A stretch of 64,000 bases of DNA from an uncultured Rikenellaceae bacterium (GTDB taxonomy: Bacteria > Bacteroidota > Bacteroidia > Bacteroidales > VadinHA17), in assembly GCA_964640125.1 (NCBI GenBank), contig CAZXGG010000001.1:94445-158444 (forward strand), read 5' to 3'. Of this stretch, positions 9,328 to 19,878 are shown piece by piece. A model generated the notes under the pieces. That model was not told the DNA's origin. It did no database searches and saw only the letters and a list, made by a program, of their open reading frames with translations. Position numbers and translations under genes: made by a program. The first letter of the stretch is position 1; the number at the start of each line of letters is the position of its first letter.

Positions 9328-11202
9328 GTGAAAATGGAGTATGATATTATCGTCGTTGGTGGGGGACACGCAGGTAGTGAAGCAGCAGCAGCAGCAGCAA
9401 ATATGGGCTCTAAAGTGTTGCTCATTACAATGGACATGACAAAAATCGCACAAATGTCGTGCAATCCGGCAATGGGAGGAATTGCAAAGGGACAGATAAT
9501 ACGGGAAATAGATGCTCTGGGAGGATATTCAGGAATTGTGACGGACCGCTCAATGATTCAGTTTAGGATGTTGAATAAATCGAAAGGACCGGCAATGTGG
9601 AGCCCAAGGGCACAATGCGATAGGATGAAATTTAGCCTGGTGTGGAGACAAGTGCTTGAAAGTATTGATAATCTTGATTTTTGGCAAGATACGGTTAAGG
9701 AAATAGTGGTTGATCATGGAAAAGTTACAGGGGTTTTAACAAACCTGAAGGTGACATTTAGATGCAAAAGCGTAATACTGACAAGTGGAACCTTCTTAAA
9801 TGGTTTAATGCATGTAGGGAAAACAAAAATTAAAGGTGGAAGAGCAGCAGAACCCCCGGCAATTGGATTATCAAAACAACTGAGAAATACAGGGTTCAGG
9901 GTAGGGAGGTTGAAAACAGGAACACCACCAAGAGCGGATGGTAGAACCATTGATTTTAATCAATTGATAGAACAAGCTGGGGACAAGGAGAAGAATTGTT
10001 TTTCCTTTTTGCATGAACGATTCAATATAGAAAACCAGCGAAGTTGCTATATTACTCATACCGATCTGAGTGTACACAGTGTTCTGGAAAAAGGGTTGGT
10101 GGATTCACCACTGTTTAATGGAACCATTAAAAGCATTGGACCAAGATATTGTCCAAGTATTGAAGATAAGATAGTAACGTTCGCAGATAAGGAGAAGCAT
10201 CAGTTGTTCATAGAGCCGGAAGGAAATGATAACATTGAATATTACATCAATGGATTTGCATCGTCCTTACCGTGGAATATACAGTACCAGGCATTGAAAA
10301 AGGTAAAAGGGATGGAGAAGGTGAAAATATTCAGGCCGGGATACGCCATTGAATATGACTATTTTGATCCGACACAACTGTTGCACACAATGGAGACGAA
10401 ATTAATAGAAAATCTATATTTCGCTGGACAGGTGAACGGAACAACCGGATATGAGGAGGCAGGTGCACAGGGCTTGATGGCCGGGATAAATGCAAGCCTC
10501 AAAATACAAGGAGAACAGGAGTTTGTATTGGGAAGAGATCAGGCATATATAGGCGTGTTGATCGATGATCTGGTAACAAAAGGGGTGGATGAACCATACC
10601 GTATGTTTACATCAAGAGCAGAATATCGAATTTTATTACGGCAGGATGATGCAGATTATCGTTTAACGAAACTGGGTTATGATCTGGGAATTGTAAAGAG
10701 AGAGCGGTATGAAATCATGAGGAAAAAATATGAATGGCGTGACAAACTATTGGAATTCATAGAAGAGATGAGTATAAAACCGGAATGGGTGAATGAAAAA
10801 CTGGTAGAGCTGGGTACAAACAAAGTAAAGCAAGGTGTTAAATTAAAGGAAATTTTGCTCAGACCACAGGTGTCGATTTTAGCAATGGCTGAGGTGTTGA
10901 ATGAATTAAGGGAAATGATAGATAAAATTCCGGAAAGAAATGAAGAAATACTGGAAAGTGCTGAAATATTAATTAAATATTCGGGATACATTGAGCGTGA
11001 AAAAAGGATTGCTGAAAAGATAAAGCGGTTGGAGCACATAAAAATTGAAAAGGAATTCGATTACATGAAAATTGCATCAATATCTACAGAAGCAAGACAA
11101 AAATTGGTGAGAATAAAACCTACAACGATTGGACAAGCATGCAGGATAAGTGGAGTTTCTCCATCGGATATCAGTGTTTTGCTTCTCTATATGGGGCGAT
11201 AA
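9328..11202 (+). CDS. mnmG: tRNA uridine-5-carboxymethylaminomethyl(34) synthesis enzyme MnmG (GidA)
   Basis: FAD-binding N-terminus YDIIVVGGGHAGSEAA, then MSCNPAMGG. The 624-aa protein is collinear with GidA. Confidence 0.95.
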   Translation: MKMEYDIIVVGGGHAGSEAAAAAANMGSKVLLITMDMTKIAQMSCNPAMGGIAKGQIIREIDALGGYSGIVTDRSMIQFRMLNKSKGPAMWSPRAQCDRMKFSLVWRQVLESIDNLDFWQDTVKEIVVDHGKVTGVLTNLKVTFRCKSVILTSGTFLNGLMHVGKTKIKGGRAAEPPAIGLSKQLRNTGFRVGRLKTGTPPRADGRTIDFNQLIEQAGDKEKNCFSFLHERFNIENQRSCYITHTDLSVHSVLEKGLVDSPLFNGTIKSIGPRYCPSIEDKIVTFADKEKHQLFIEPEGNDNIEYYINGFASSLPWNIQYQALKKVKGMEKVKIFRPGYAIEYDYFDPTQLLHTMETKLIENLYFAGQVNGTTGYEEAGAQGLMAGINASLKIQGEQEFVLGRDQAYIGVLIDDLVTKGVDEPYRMFTSRAEYRILLRQDDADYRLTKLGYDLGIVKRERYEIMRKKYEWRDKLLEFIEEMSIKPEWVNEKLVELGTNKVKQGVKLKEILLRPQVSILAMAEVLNELREMIDKIPERNEEILESAEILIKYSGYIEREKRIAEKIKRLEHIKIEKEFDYMKIASISTEARQKLVRIKPTTIGQACRISGVSPSDISVLLLYMGR

Positions 11203-11236
11203 TGTTCCACGTGGAACAGTTTTTAAAAATTATTCC

Positions 11237-12892
11237 ATGAATTCAAAAAAAAGCTTTTTTATTGAAGGATTTATTGTTGATGTAGTTAAAAAAACCATTT
11301 TTCCTGGCAGGATCACCATAGAAAACGGGAGAATAGCGGAGATAAAACCGCAAAAGAAGGTACAACATCATTATCTATTGCCAGGCCTGGTGGATGCCCA
11401 TGTACACGTTGAAAGCTCCATGCTTACACCCGGAAGTTTTGCTCAGTTAGCTGTTAAAAGCGGAACGGTTGCTGTTGTATCGGATCCGCACGAAATTGCA
11501 AATGTATTAGGGATAGCAGGAGTGAATTTCATGATTGAGGAGGGCAAAAAAGTACCCCTGAAATTTTACTTTGGCGCACCATCCTGTGTGCCCGCAACAC
11601 CGTTTGAAACCACAGGAAACAAGATTGGAACAAAAGAGATTGAGCGGTTAATGAAACGAAAGGAGATCCATTTTCTTTCTGAAATGATGAATTTTCCGGG
11701 TGTGATACACAAGGATCGGGAAATCATGGAAAAGATAGCATTGGCGAAAGCAGCGAATAAAAAAATTGATGGTCATGCACCGGGATTAACCGGTAATGAT
11801 TTGAATGTATATATAGCGGCGGGGATAACGACAGACCACGAATGCACAAGCGAAAAAGAGGCGGTAGAAAAACTAAAAAAAGGAATGAAAATTCTGGTTC
11901 GGGAGGGAAGTGCTGCAAAGGATATGGACAGCCTGGTGGCACTGGTTGATCAATTTCCGGATGATATCATGCTATGTACGGATGATATCCATCCGGATGA
12001 CCTTGCAAACGGACACATTAATCGGTTATTGAAGAAAGGTGTACAGAGCGGTGCCGACCTGTTTAACCTGATAAGAGCAGCAACCCTGAATCCCAAAAAT
12101 CACTATAATCTGCAGGTTGGTTTGCTGCAGATAAACGACCCGGCAGACATTATCGTGGTGGAAGACCTAACCTCTTTTAATGTGATGAAGACCATTGTCG
12201 ATGGTCAGATTGTGTATGAAAATGGAACGGTATTGTTTGCACATAAAACCCGTTCAACACCCAATCTTTTCATTCAAAATTTTGTTACAGCAAAAGACCT
12301 TACAGTGCGTGCCGGGAAAGGAAACATGAAGGTCATTGTTGCCAGAGATGGTGAACTGATAACAGGAAAAGAAACCATTGAACCAACAGTGGAAAACGGC
12401 CTTGTCGTGACGGATCCGGTTAATGATCTGTTAAAGATTGGAGTACAGAACAGGTATAAACAAACAAAACCAGCCATTGGGTTTATTCGTGGCATGGGCT
12501 TATCCACCGGAGCGATAGCAAGCAGCATAGCACACGACAGTCACAATGTCATTGGGGTGGGTGCCACTGATGCAGAACTGGCTCGTGCACTGAATCTTAT
12601 CAATGAGTTGAAAGGAGGAATTGCAGTCATACGGGGAGAGCATGCAGAATGGCTGGAATTACCGGTTGGTGGTATTATGTCCAATGAAAGCGGAAACACG
12701 ATCGCAGAAAAATATGTTCAGCTAAATCGGTTGGTAAGAGGAATGGGCTCTAACCTGAAGGCTCCTTTCATGACCCTTTCCTTCATGGCTCTGCTGGTTA
12801 TTCCGGAACTAAAGATTGGTGATCAGGGACTATTCGATGTACGGACATTCTCGCCAGTAACACTATTTGAAAATGAGTCCGGCAGTGAGTAA
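11237..12892 (+). CDS. ade: Adenine deaminase
   Basis: Amidohydrolase metal site GLVDAHVHVESS. Length is about 550 aa. ATG 11237 is chosen because the longer ORF from 11150 overlaps the mnmG 3' end. Confidence 0.85.
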   Translation: MNSKKSFFIEGFIVDVVKKTIFPGRITIENGRIAEIKPQKKVQHHYLLPGLVDAHVHVESSMLTPGSFAQLAVKSGTVAVVSDPHEIANVLGIAGVNFMIEEGKKVPLKFYFGAPSCVPATPFETTGNKIGTKEIERLMKRKEIHFLSEMMNFPGVIHKDREIMEKIALAKAANKKIDGHAPGLTGNDLNVYIAAGITTDHECTSEKEAVEKLKKGMKILVREGSAAKDMDSLVALVDQFPDDIMLCTDDIHPDDLANGHINRLLKKGVQSGADLFNLIRAATLNPKNHYNLQVGLLQINDPADIIVVEDLTSFNVMKTIVDGQIVYENGTVLFAHKTRSTPNLFIQNFVTAKDLTVRAGKGNMKVIVARDGELITGKETIEPTVENGLVVTDPVNDLLKIGVQNRYKQTKPAIGFIRGMGLSTGAIASSIAHDSHNVIGVGATDAELARALNLINELKGGIAVIRGEHAEWLELPVGGIMSNESGNTIAEKYVQLNRLVRGMGSNLKAPFMTLSFMALLVIPELKIGDQGLFDVRTFSPVTLFENESGSE

Positions 12893-12952
12893 ACCAGGAA
12901 AGCTATTGTGAACTGAACGAGGATTACCCCGTTCGGCTAAATTCAATCGGTT

Positions 12953-14770
12953 TTGGCAAATCAAAAAAAACAGAGCGAAGAATTGAAATCCAGAATGGAT
13001 CTGCTTCCGGAAAAACCGGGAGTGTATCAGTTCAAGGATAAACAGGGCGCTGTGATTTACATTGGTAAAGCGAAGAACCTGAAGAAAAGAGTGCTCTCCT
13101 ACTTCTCAAAAAGCCTTGTTGGCAAAACAGCCATCATGATGAGGCGTGTCAGGGAGGTCACACACGTTATTGTAGACAGCGAATCAGATGCGTTGTTGTT
13201 GGAGAACAACCTCATAAAAAAATACCAGCCACGGTACAATGTATTGCTGAAAGATGATAAAAGCTTCCCCTGGATTTGCATCAAGAATGAACCTTTCCCG
13301 CGCGTGTTCCATACCAGAAACAGGGTCGATGATGGATCAAAATATTTTGGGCCCTATACCTCAATGGTTGTTGTAAGAACGCTGCTCGACATGATTAAAC
13401 AGCTCTATCCCATGCGGAACTGTAACTACCGGCTTAGCCCTGAAAACATTAGAAAGAAAAAATTCAAGCTCTGCCTGGAATACCATATGGGGAATTGCCT
13501 GGGCCCTTGTATCGGATTGCAGGACAACCGTGACTACGATGACAGTATACACCAGATAGAATCCATTCTGAAAGGGAACATCAAAAGCGTTTTTACACAT
13601 TTAAACCATCTCATGAATCGATATGCCTCTGATTATCAATATGAAGAAGCAAATGAAGTTAAAGAAAAGATTAAAATTCTGGAACGCTTTCAAAGCAAAT
13701 CAACCATCGTTAACCCCTCGTTGCATAACCTGGATGTTTTTTCCTATACAGAGGATGAGGAACAAGCGTATGTGAATTACCTAAAAGTCACACACGGGGC
13801 TGTAATTCAGACACATACGGTAGAGATCAAAAGGAAATTGGAAGAGACAAAAGAGGATTTGTTGTTGTTCGCAATCACAGAAATACGGCAGAGAATGTTT
13901 AGCTCGGCAAAGCAAATTATTGTCCCCTTCAAACTTCCGTTTGACGTGGAGGGATGCAGGATAACCGTTCCACGAAAAGGGGATAAGCAGAAACTACTCA
14001 AGCTTTCGGAACGGAATGTAACCCATTACCGGCTGCAAAAAAACAGAAAAAAAATGGAGCAATCGGTCCCATCAAGCCGTGTGCGTATGTTAAATACACT
14101 GGCACAGGATCTGAGACTTAAGGAATTACCGGTCCGGATTGAATGTTTTGATGTTTCAAACATTCAGGGGAAGCACGCCGTAGCTTCGTGTGTTGTTTTT
14201 TATAATGCACGGCCCTCCAAAAAGGAGTATAGACACTTCCATATTAAAACGGTAGCAGGTGCAAATGATTATGCATCCATTGGCGAGGTGGTCCTGAGAA
14301 GGTACAGACGAGTACTGAACGAACGACAAAAACTGCCTCAATTGATTGTTATCGACGGAGGGAAGGGACAGCTTCATGCCGCGGTAAAAAGCCTTGAAAC
14401 CCTCGGGTTGAAGGGTACCATGGCGATTATCGGGATAGCAAAACGATTGGAAGAGATCTATTTTCCAGGAGATCCTGTTCCGCTATATCTTAACAAAAGT
14501 TCTGAAAGCCTGAAGGTGCTTCAGCATGTGAGGAACGAAGCACACCGTTTTGGGATTTCGCTGCACCGGAATACAAGATCCAGGGAACAGGTAAAATCGA
14601 TCATTGACGATATCAATGGAATAGGACCTCAAACCGCTCAAAAACTGATGCTGGAATTCAAATCGGTGGAGGGAATAAAAAACGCTGAAATGATCCAGCT
14701 TGAAAAATGCATAGGTGCTTCAAGGGCAAGAACAATCTATCATTTTTTTCATGGATCAGCCGGGGAGTAA
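12953..14770 (+). CDS. uvrC: Excinuclease ABC subunit C
   Basis: GIY-YIG N-terminus (PGVYQFKD...IYIGKAKNLKKRV). UVR and endonuclease regions and a C-terminal (HhH)2 are present. Apparent TTG start. Confidence 0.95.
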   Translation: MANQKKQSEELKSRMDLLPEKPGVYQFKDKQGAVIYIGKAKNLKKRVLSYFSKSLVGKTAIMMRRVREVTHVIVDSESDALLLENNLIKKYQPRYNVLLKDDKSFPWICIKNEPFPRVFHTRNRVDDGSKYFGPYTSMVVVRTLLDMIKQLYPMRNCNYRLSPENIRKKKFKLCLEYHMGNCLGPCIGLQDNRDYDDSIHQIESILKGNIKSVFTHLNHLMNRYASDYQYEEANEVKEKIKILERFQSKSTIVNPSLHNLDVFSYTEDEEQAYVNYLKVTHGAVIQTHTVEIKRKLEETKEDLLLFAITEIRQRMFSSAKQIIVPFKLPFDVEGCRITVPRKGDKQKLLKLSERNVTHYRLQKNRKKMEQSVPSSRVRMLNTLAQDLRLKELPVRIECFDVSNIQGKHAVASCVVFYNARPSKKEYRHFHIKTVAGANDYASIGEVVLRRYRRVLNERQKLPQLIVIDGGKGQLHAAVKSLETLGLKGTMAIIGIAKRLEEIYFPGDPVPLYLNKSSESLKVLQHVRNEAHRFGISLHRNTRSREQVKSIIDDINGIGPQTAQKLMLEFKSVEGIKNAEMIQLEKCIGASRARTIYHFFHGSAGE

Positions 14771-14787
14771 TCCCAAACACCAACTGC

Positions 14788-15762
14788 TTACCGCTCCCTG
14801 CTGGTGGTATAATGAACCAGTTCTGTCAGGGAATTTTTTGCCTCGTTATCCGGAAATTGGCTGAGAATATCCAGGGCACGGTCCCGGTATTCATTCATTT
14901 TTTGTACCGAATATTCAATTCCGCCATTGGCTTGAACAAATTGAATGATCTCCATCACTTTCAATGAATTCCGATTGTGTCGCCTGATGAGGTTCAAAAT
15001 CTTTCTCTTTTCAGAGAATCCGGAATTTTCAAGTGAATGAATCAAAGGGAGGGTGATTTTTTTCTCTTTAATATCATTCCCGGTTGGTTTACCCAAAATT
15101 CCGGTTTTTTGATAATCGAAAAGATCATCTTTGATTTGAAAGGCAATACCAACATTTTCCCCAAAATCTTTCATTTTATTGATCACCTCGCCATTCGCCC
15201 CGACACTTTTAGTTCCACAGGCCGAGCAGGCAGCGATCAGGGTAGCTGTCTTTTTACGGATGATCTCAAAATATTCCCTTTCCGTGATGTTCAATTTCCG
15301 GGATTTCTGGATTTGCAGTAATTCACCTTCGCTCATTTCACGAACGGCTCCGGAAACGATCTCTAATAACTCAAATTCTTTATTTTCAACGGCTACAAGC
15401 AATCCTCTTGCCAGTAAATAATCGCCGATCAATACCGCTATTTTGGATTTCCAAAGTGCATTAATGGAAAAAAACCCCCTTCTTTCGATGGAGTCATCAA
15501 CCACATCATCGTGAATCAGGGTTGCCGTATGCAGCAGCTCAATAAGGGTTGCTGCAGTGTAACTTGAATCACCTATCTCTCCATGAAGTTTGGCGGAGAG
15601 AAAAACAAACATGGGCCGCATTTGCTTTCCTTTTCGTCGGAGGATATAGTTGGTTATGATGTTCAGAAGAGGGACAGCACTTTTCATGGAGGTACTAAAA
15701 AAAGCATTGAACTTTTTCATCTCCTCATGAATGGGCGCATGAATGGATTTGATGGTTGACAT
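14788..15762 (-). CDS. Polyprenyl diphosphate synthase family protein (IspB-like, long-chain trans-prenyltransferase)
   Basis: First Asp-rich motif LIHDDVVDD and second motif FQIKDDLFD. Confidence 0.85.
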   Translation of the reverse strand: MSTIKSIHAPIHEEMKKFNAFFSTSMKSAVPLLNIITNYILRRKGKQMRPMFVFLSAKLHGEIGDSSYTAATLIELLHTATLIHDDVVDDSIERRGFFSINALWKSKIAVLIGDYLLARGLLVAVENKEFELLEIVSGAVREMSEGELLQIQKSRKLNITEREYFEIIRKKTATLIAACSACGTKSVGANGEVINKMKDFGENVGIAFQIKDDLFDYQKTGILGKPTGNDIKEKKITLPLIHSLENSGFSEKRKILNLIRRHNRNSLKVMEIIQFVQANGGIEYSVQKMNEYRDRALDILSQFPDNEAKNSLTELVHYTTSRER

Positions 15763-15860
15763 GAAAGCGGTAACAAGAGAGGTAAAGATAATAATTAAAA
15801 AGTATTCAAGAACATATCTAAATATGATAATTGTCTGTTTTTTTAAGAAGTATATATTTA

Positions 15861-15868
15861 TATATTTG
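15861..15868 (+). promoter_or_regulatory. Candidate Bacteroidota -7 promoter box (TATATTTG, fits TAnnTTTG) for the ArsR-family gene
   Basis: TATATTTG lies 26 nt upstream of ATG 15894 in an AT-rich divergent intergenic region. No clean -33 TTTG was identified. Confidence 0.35.
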
Positions 15869-15893
15869 TATGTTATCCTGTAAAAGCTGATCG

Positions 15894-16193
15894 ATGGAAA
15901 TGAATAACCTTACCCCGCAACAACTGGAAAAAGCAGCCAATATGCTTAAAGCCATTGCTCATCCGATGAGAATTGCCATTTTAAGTTACCTGGAAGAGGG
16001 CAAGAAGCTAACGGTGACAGAAATACATGAGCTTCTCAACATTGAACAATCCACTACTTCACATCATCTGGGCATTTTAAAAGATAAGGGTGTGCTCCTA
16101 TCAAAACGGGATGGTAAAAACACCTATTATTTTCTGAAGCACAATAATTTGAGGCAAATAGTCGATTGTGTCAGCCAATGCTGTGATTCTTGA
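15894..16193 (+). CDS. ArsR/SmtB family winged-helix transcriptional regulator
   Basis: 99 aa. The HTH region reads LTVTEIHELLNIEQSTTSHHLGILKDKGVL. Confidence 0.85.
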   Translation: MEMNNLTPQQLEKAANMLKAIAHPMRIAILSYLEEGKKLTVTEIHELLNIEQSTTSHHLGILKDKGVLLSKRDGKNTYYFLKHNNLRQIVDCVSQCCDS

Positions 16194-16398
16194 TCAGCAA
16201 CCCCCTTTCTTCCAATACCGCATCCTAATCCTTGACCCTTCGGATCTGATCAGGACTACAATCGACGTGGTTTTTATCTGTTATTACCCCCTGCATACTG
16301 GTACGTGACGATCAATATTGACAATTTGATGTTATATTTGTTCCTGAAGAGAGAGGAATTCGGCATACGTGAGATCGTGGCATCAATTCCGTAAAACC

Positions 16399-16848
16399 AT
16401 GGCAAGAATACGCGTTACAAAACAGTTTACATTTGAAATGGCCCATGCTTTGTGGAATTATGATGGACCATGTAAAAATGTTCATGGACACTCCTATAAG
16501 TTGTTTGTAACAGTTATTGGGACACCCATTGATGATAAGCAGAACAGGAAAAACGGGATGGTCATGGATTTCGGTGATTTGAAGAAAATTGTTGAAGAAG
16601 AAATTATTAATCGGTTCGATCACGCCGTCGTGATTTGCCGGGATGCTCCACACCACATGCTGAAAAACATTGAACAAATGTTTGAGAAATATGACGTTAT
16701 GGATTGTCAGCCCACCTGCGAAAACCTGGTATTGCATTTCGCCGGGAGACTAAAAAAAAGGCTACCACAACACCTTACGCTCTATCGCATTCGCTTAGAC
16801 GAGACAGCCACCTCTTTTGCGGAATGGTACGCAGATGATAATGAATAA
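16399..16848 (+). CDS. queD: 6-carboxy-5,6,7,8-tetrahydropterin synthase (6-pyruvoyl-tetrahydropterin synthase family)
   Basis: FEMAHAL and CKNVHGHSYKL zinc/catalytic motifs. ATG 16399 gives the usual protein of about 149 aa. Confidence 0.85.
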   Translation: MARIRVTKQFTFEMAHALWNYDGPCKNVHGHSYKLFVTVIGTPIDDKQNRKNGMVMDFGDLKKIVEEEIINRFDHAVVICRDAPHHMLKNIEQMFEKYDVMDCQPTCENLVLHFAGRLKKRLPQHLTLYRIRLDETATSFAEWYADDNE

Positions 16849-19681
16849 ATCCAACCCAACGGGATATGGATCGAGATACGCTGGAAGCATGAAGGAAAAA
16901 AAGGAAGAAAATCAAAAACGGTTATTTTTATTGGATGCATATGCATTGATATTCAGGGCGTATTATGCATTCATCAAAAATCCGAGATACAATTCCAAGG
17001 GACTAAACACCTCAGCCATATTGGGATTTGTCAACACACTGGAGGAACTGTTGCAGAAGGAAAATCCATCACATATTGCGGTTGTTTTTGACCCTCCATC
17101 ACCCACTTTCAGGCACGATCTATACGAAGAGTATAAGGCGAATCGTGAGGCAACACCGGAAGACATTAAAAAATCGGTACCGCTCATCAAGGAACTGATT
17201 GAAGGATTCCGGATACCGGTGATTGAAACACCCGGGTTTGAAGCAGATGATGTCATTGGTACACTCGCTAAAAAAGCGGAAGAACAGGGCTATTCTACCT
17301 ATATGGTTACACCGGATAAGGATTTTGCACAACTGGTTACCGACCATATTTTCATGTATAAACCAAGAAAGGGAGGAGATGATGCTGAGATCTGGGGGCC
17401 CAAACAGGTCAGGGAAAAATTTCACGTGGAACACCCCGAACAGGTTATTGATATCCTGGCACTTTGGGGTGATTCTTCCGATAATATTCCGGGAGCTCCC
17501 GGTGTGGGAGAAAAAACATCTCAAAAACTAATTCAAGAATTTGGTTCCATTGCGGAACTGTTTGAACAGACCGAGAAGTTGAAAGGAAAACTGAGAGAGA
17601 ACATTGAGAATAACAAGGAACAGATAAAGCTTTCAAAACAGCTTGCTACCATTGCATTGGATGTACCGGTTGATTTTAATGCATCGCAATTCCGAAAACA
17701 GGAACCTGACAAAACCCGGTTACGGGAATTATTTGATATGCTGGAGTTTAAAACACTTGCAAGGAGAATTTTAGATGAGAGAAGGGGTGAAGAAACAGAG
17801 AAGAAACCGTTTCAACCCTCCTTATTTGAAGGGGGAAATAAAGAAATTGTCCCAACCGCTTCTTCTGCCAATAACATATCCAACGTGACTCATCACTATG
17901 CCATTGTGGATACCATTGAATTGGTGGAAGCGGTTGTGCGTGAAATGAGCCAGAAGGATGAATTTTGTTTTGACACAGAAACAACCGGACTGGACATCCT
18001 GGATGCTGAACTGGTTGGTATCGCATTTTCAGTGAAAGAACATGAAGCAAGCTATATTCCGATACCGAAAGAAAAAGAGCAGGCAAACCGTTTTCTCGAT
18101 AAGCTGAAACCACTGTTTGAAAATCCCGGGATCAGAAAAATTGGGCAAAACCTAAAATATGATATCCAGATTTTGAAAAATTACGGGATTGATGTTGCCG
18201 GTGAACTGTTTGATACCATGTTAGCCCATTATCTGATCCAACCGGAACGCAGGCACAAACTGAGCTATCTTTCTGAATCATATCTCCAGTATACACCGGT
18301 AGAAATCGAAGAATTGATCGGCTCAAAAGCGAAAACACAGGTTAATATGAGATCGGTACCGGTTGAGAAAGTTGCTGAATACGCCGGTGAGGATGCAGAT
18401 CTTACCTGGCAACTGAAGGAAATCCTAACGCAAGAATTGAAAGAACATGATCTCCGGGAATTGGCGGAGGGTATTGAAATGCCGTTGATCTATGTTCTGG
18501 CTGCTATGGAACGGAACGGTGTCCGGCTTGATAAAAACGTGTTGAACCAGTACGCAACCGTCCTGCAAAAAGAAATGGCATCCCTGGAGAAGGAAATTTA
18601 TGACCTGGCAGGGGTAGAATTCAATATTGCCTCACCAAAACAGCTTGGAGAGATCCTGTTTGAGCGGCTGAAAATCACGGATAAACCCCAGAAAACGAGA
18701 ACAAAACAATACTCCACCAGCGAAGATATCCTTTCACGCCTGACCGATAAACACCCCATCGTTGCAAAAGTACTGGAACACCGATCCATGAAAAAGCTGT
18801 TATCGACTTACGTGGAAGTGTTGCCGGGATTAGTGCACCCGGAGACAGGGAAAATCCACACTTCCTTTAACCAGGCTGTCGCCGCAACCGGCAGACTTAG
18901 CTCCAATAATCCAAATCTTCAGAATATTCCGGTACGGGATGAAAGAGGAAGGGAAATCAGGAAAGCATTCATCCCTTCAGATGAAGCACACATCTTTTTT
19001 TCAGCCGATTATTCTCAGATCGAGTTACGGCTCATGGCTCACATGAGCGGAGATAAGAATATGATTGAGGCGTTTATATCCAATGAAGATATCCACAAAG
19101 CCACGGCAGCAAAAATCCATGGTATCCCCTTAGACCAGGTAAGCCCTAAAATGAGGAATCAGGCTAAAACAGCAAATTTTGGCATAATATACGGTATTTC
19201 CTCTTTCGGATTGGCACAACGATTGAACATTTCCAGAACAGAGGCGAATGAATTGATCCAGGAATATTTCAACAATTATCCCGATGTGAAAACCTATATG
19301 ATCAATAGCATTATTCAGGCAAGGGAATCGGGTTATGTTAAAACCATTATGGGGAGAAGAAGGTATTTGCCGGATATTCAATCCAGGAATTCAGTGGTTC
19401 GGGGAATGGCAGAGAGAAATGCTATTAATGCCCCCATTCAAGGCTCTGCTGCCGATATTATTAAACTGGCCATGATACGGATTCATCAGGAAATGAAACA
19501 ATACAAGCTCCGTTCGAAAATGATTCTTCAGGTGCATGATGAATTGATCTTTGATGTGCATCGGCCTGAATTGGAGCAGGTAAAAGAGATCGCATTGAGC
19601 AATATGGAAAAGGCAGTGGATTTGAAAGTGCCCCTCACAGTTGATTGGGGAACAGGAGAAAACTGGCTGGTGGCACATTAA
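16841..19681 (+). CDS. polA: DNA polymerase I
   Basis: The 5'-3' exonuclease N-terminus reads LFLLDAYALIFRAYYAF. Also present are 3'-5' exo motif FDTETTGL, pol motif A DYSQIELR and motif C QVHDEL. The start is ambiguous: ATG 16841 overlaps the queD stop as ATGAATAA, and ATG 16889 is also possible. Confidence 0.95.
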   Translation: MNKSNPTGYGSRYAGSMKEKKEENQKRLFLLDAYALIFRAYYAFIKNPRYNSKGLNTSAILGFVNTLEELLQKENPSHIAVVFDPPSPTFRHDLYEEYKANREATPEDIKKSVPLIKELIEGFRIPVIETPGFEADDVIGTLAKKAEEQGYSTYMVTPDKDFAQLVTDHIFMYKPRKGGDDAEIWGPKQVREKFHVEHPEQVIDILALWGDSSDNIPGAPGVGEKTSQKLIQEFGSIAELFEQTEKLKGKLRENIENNKEQIKLSKQLATIALDVPVDFNASQFRKQEPDKTRLRELFDMLEFKTLARRILDERRGEETEKKPFQPSLFEGGNKEIVPTASSANNISNVTHHYAIVDTIELVEAVVREMSQKDEFCFDTETTGLDILDAELVGIAFSVKEHEASYIPIPKEKEQANRFLDKLKPLFENPGIRKIGQNLKYDIQILKNYGIDVAGELFDTMLAHYLIQPERRHKLSYLSESYLQYTPVEIEELIGSKAKTQVNMRSVPVEKVAEYAGEDADLTWQLKEILTQELKEHDLRELAEGIEMPLIYVLAAMERNGVRLDKNVLNQYATVLQKEMASLEKEIYDLAGVEFNIASPKQLGEILFERLKITDKPQKTRTKQYSTSEDILSRLTDKHPIVAKVLEHRSMKKLLSTYVEVLPGLVHPETGKIHTSFNQAVAATGRLSSNNPNLQNIPVRDERGREIRKAFIPSDEAHIFFSADYSQIELRLMAHMSGDKNMIEAFISNEDIHKATAAKIHGIPLDQVSPKMRNQAKTANFGIIYGISSFGLAQRLNISRTEANELIQEYFNNYPDVKTYMINSIIQARESGYVKTIMGRRRYLPDIQSRNSVVRGMAERNAINAPIQGSAADIIKLAMIRIHQEMKQYKLRSKMILQVHDELIFDVHRPELEQVKEIALSNMEKAVDLKVPLTVDWGTGENWLVAH

Positions 19682-19795
19682 CCCTCACAGCCATTTTAAA
19701 GCCTTATGAAGGACGACTACAATGGAAGCGGGTAAACTCCCACCGGTTGCAGATCGTTCAAAATAACGCATATTATGGCTTTTACGGCAGGAGTT

Positions 19796-19814
19796 TAATG
19801 CAGGTTCTGCATTA
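19796..19814 (+). terminator. Stem-loop TAATGCAG-gtt-CTGCATTA downstream of polA (possible terminator, no U tract)
   Basis: Perfect 8-bp stem with a 3-nt loop, read directly from the sequence. It lies 115 nt after the polA stop and 65 nt before the moaD-like ATG. Confidence 0.3.
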
Positions 19815-19878
19815 CATTGAGTCCAAAATGGGGACCCTATAAAAAAGTGTTATACTCTAATCCTCCAAACCTTTTATC

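Noticed and set aside
11150-11236. Upstream extension of the adenine deaminase ORF overlapping mnmG. Similar long-start ORFs occur at 7105, 16369, 21880, 22196 and 59289.
   Set aside because: The extensions overlap the preceding gene and encode non-conserved, odd N-termini. Internal ATGs give canonical N-termini or signal peptides.
16355-16398. Possible preQ1 riboswitch upstream of queD: hairpin GGAATT-N24-AATTCC followed by GTAAAACC and the ATG.
   Set aside because: The loop is far larger than in preQ1-I aptamers. The conserved loop residues and the A-rich tail ending in CUA are absent. It is probably just a hairpin. cmsearch with RF00522, RF01054 and RF02680 would settle it.
19645-19842. 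65-aa ORF spanning the polA stop and the leader of the moaD-like gene.
   Set aside because: It overlaps the polA 3' end, has no motif, and lies across predicted RNA helices. It is treated as non-coding.
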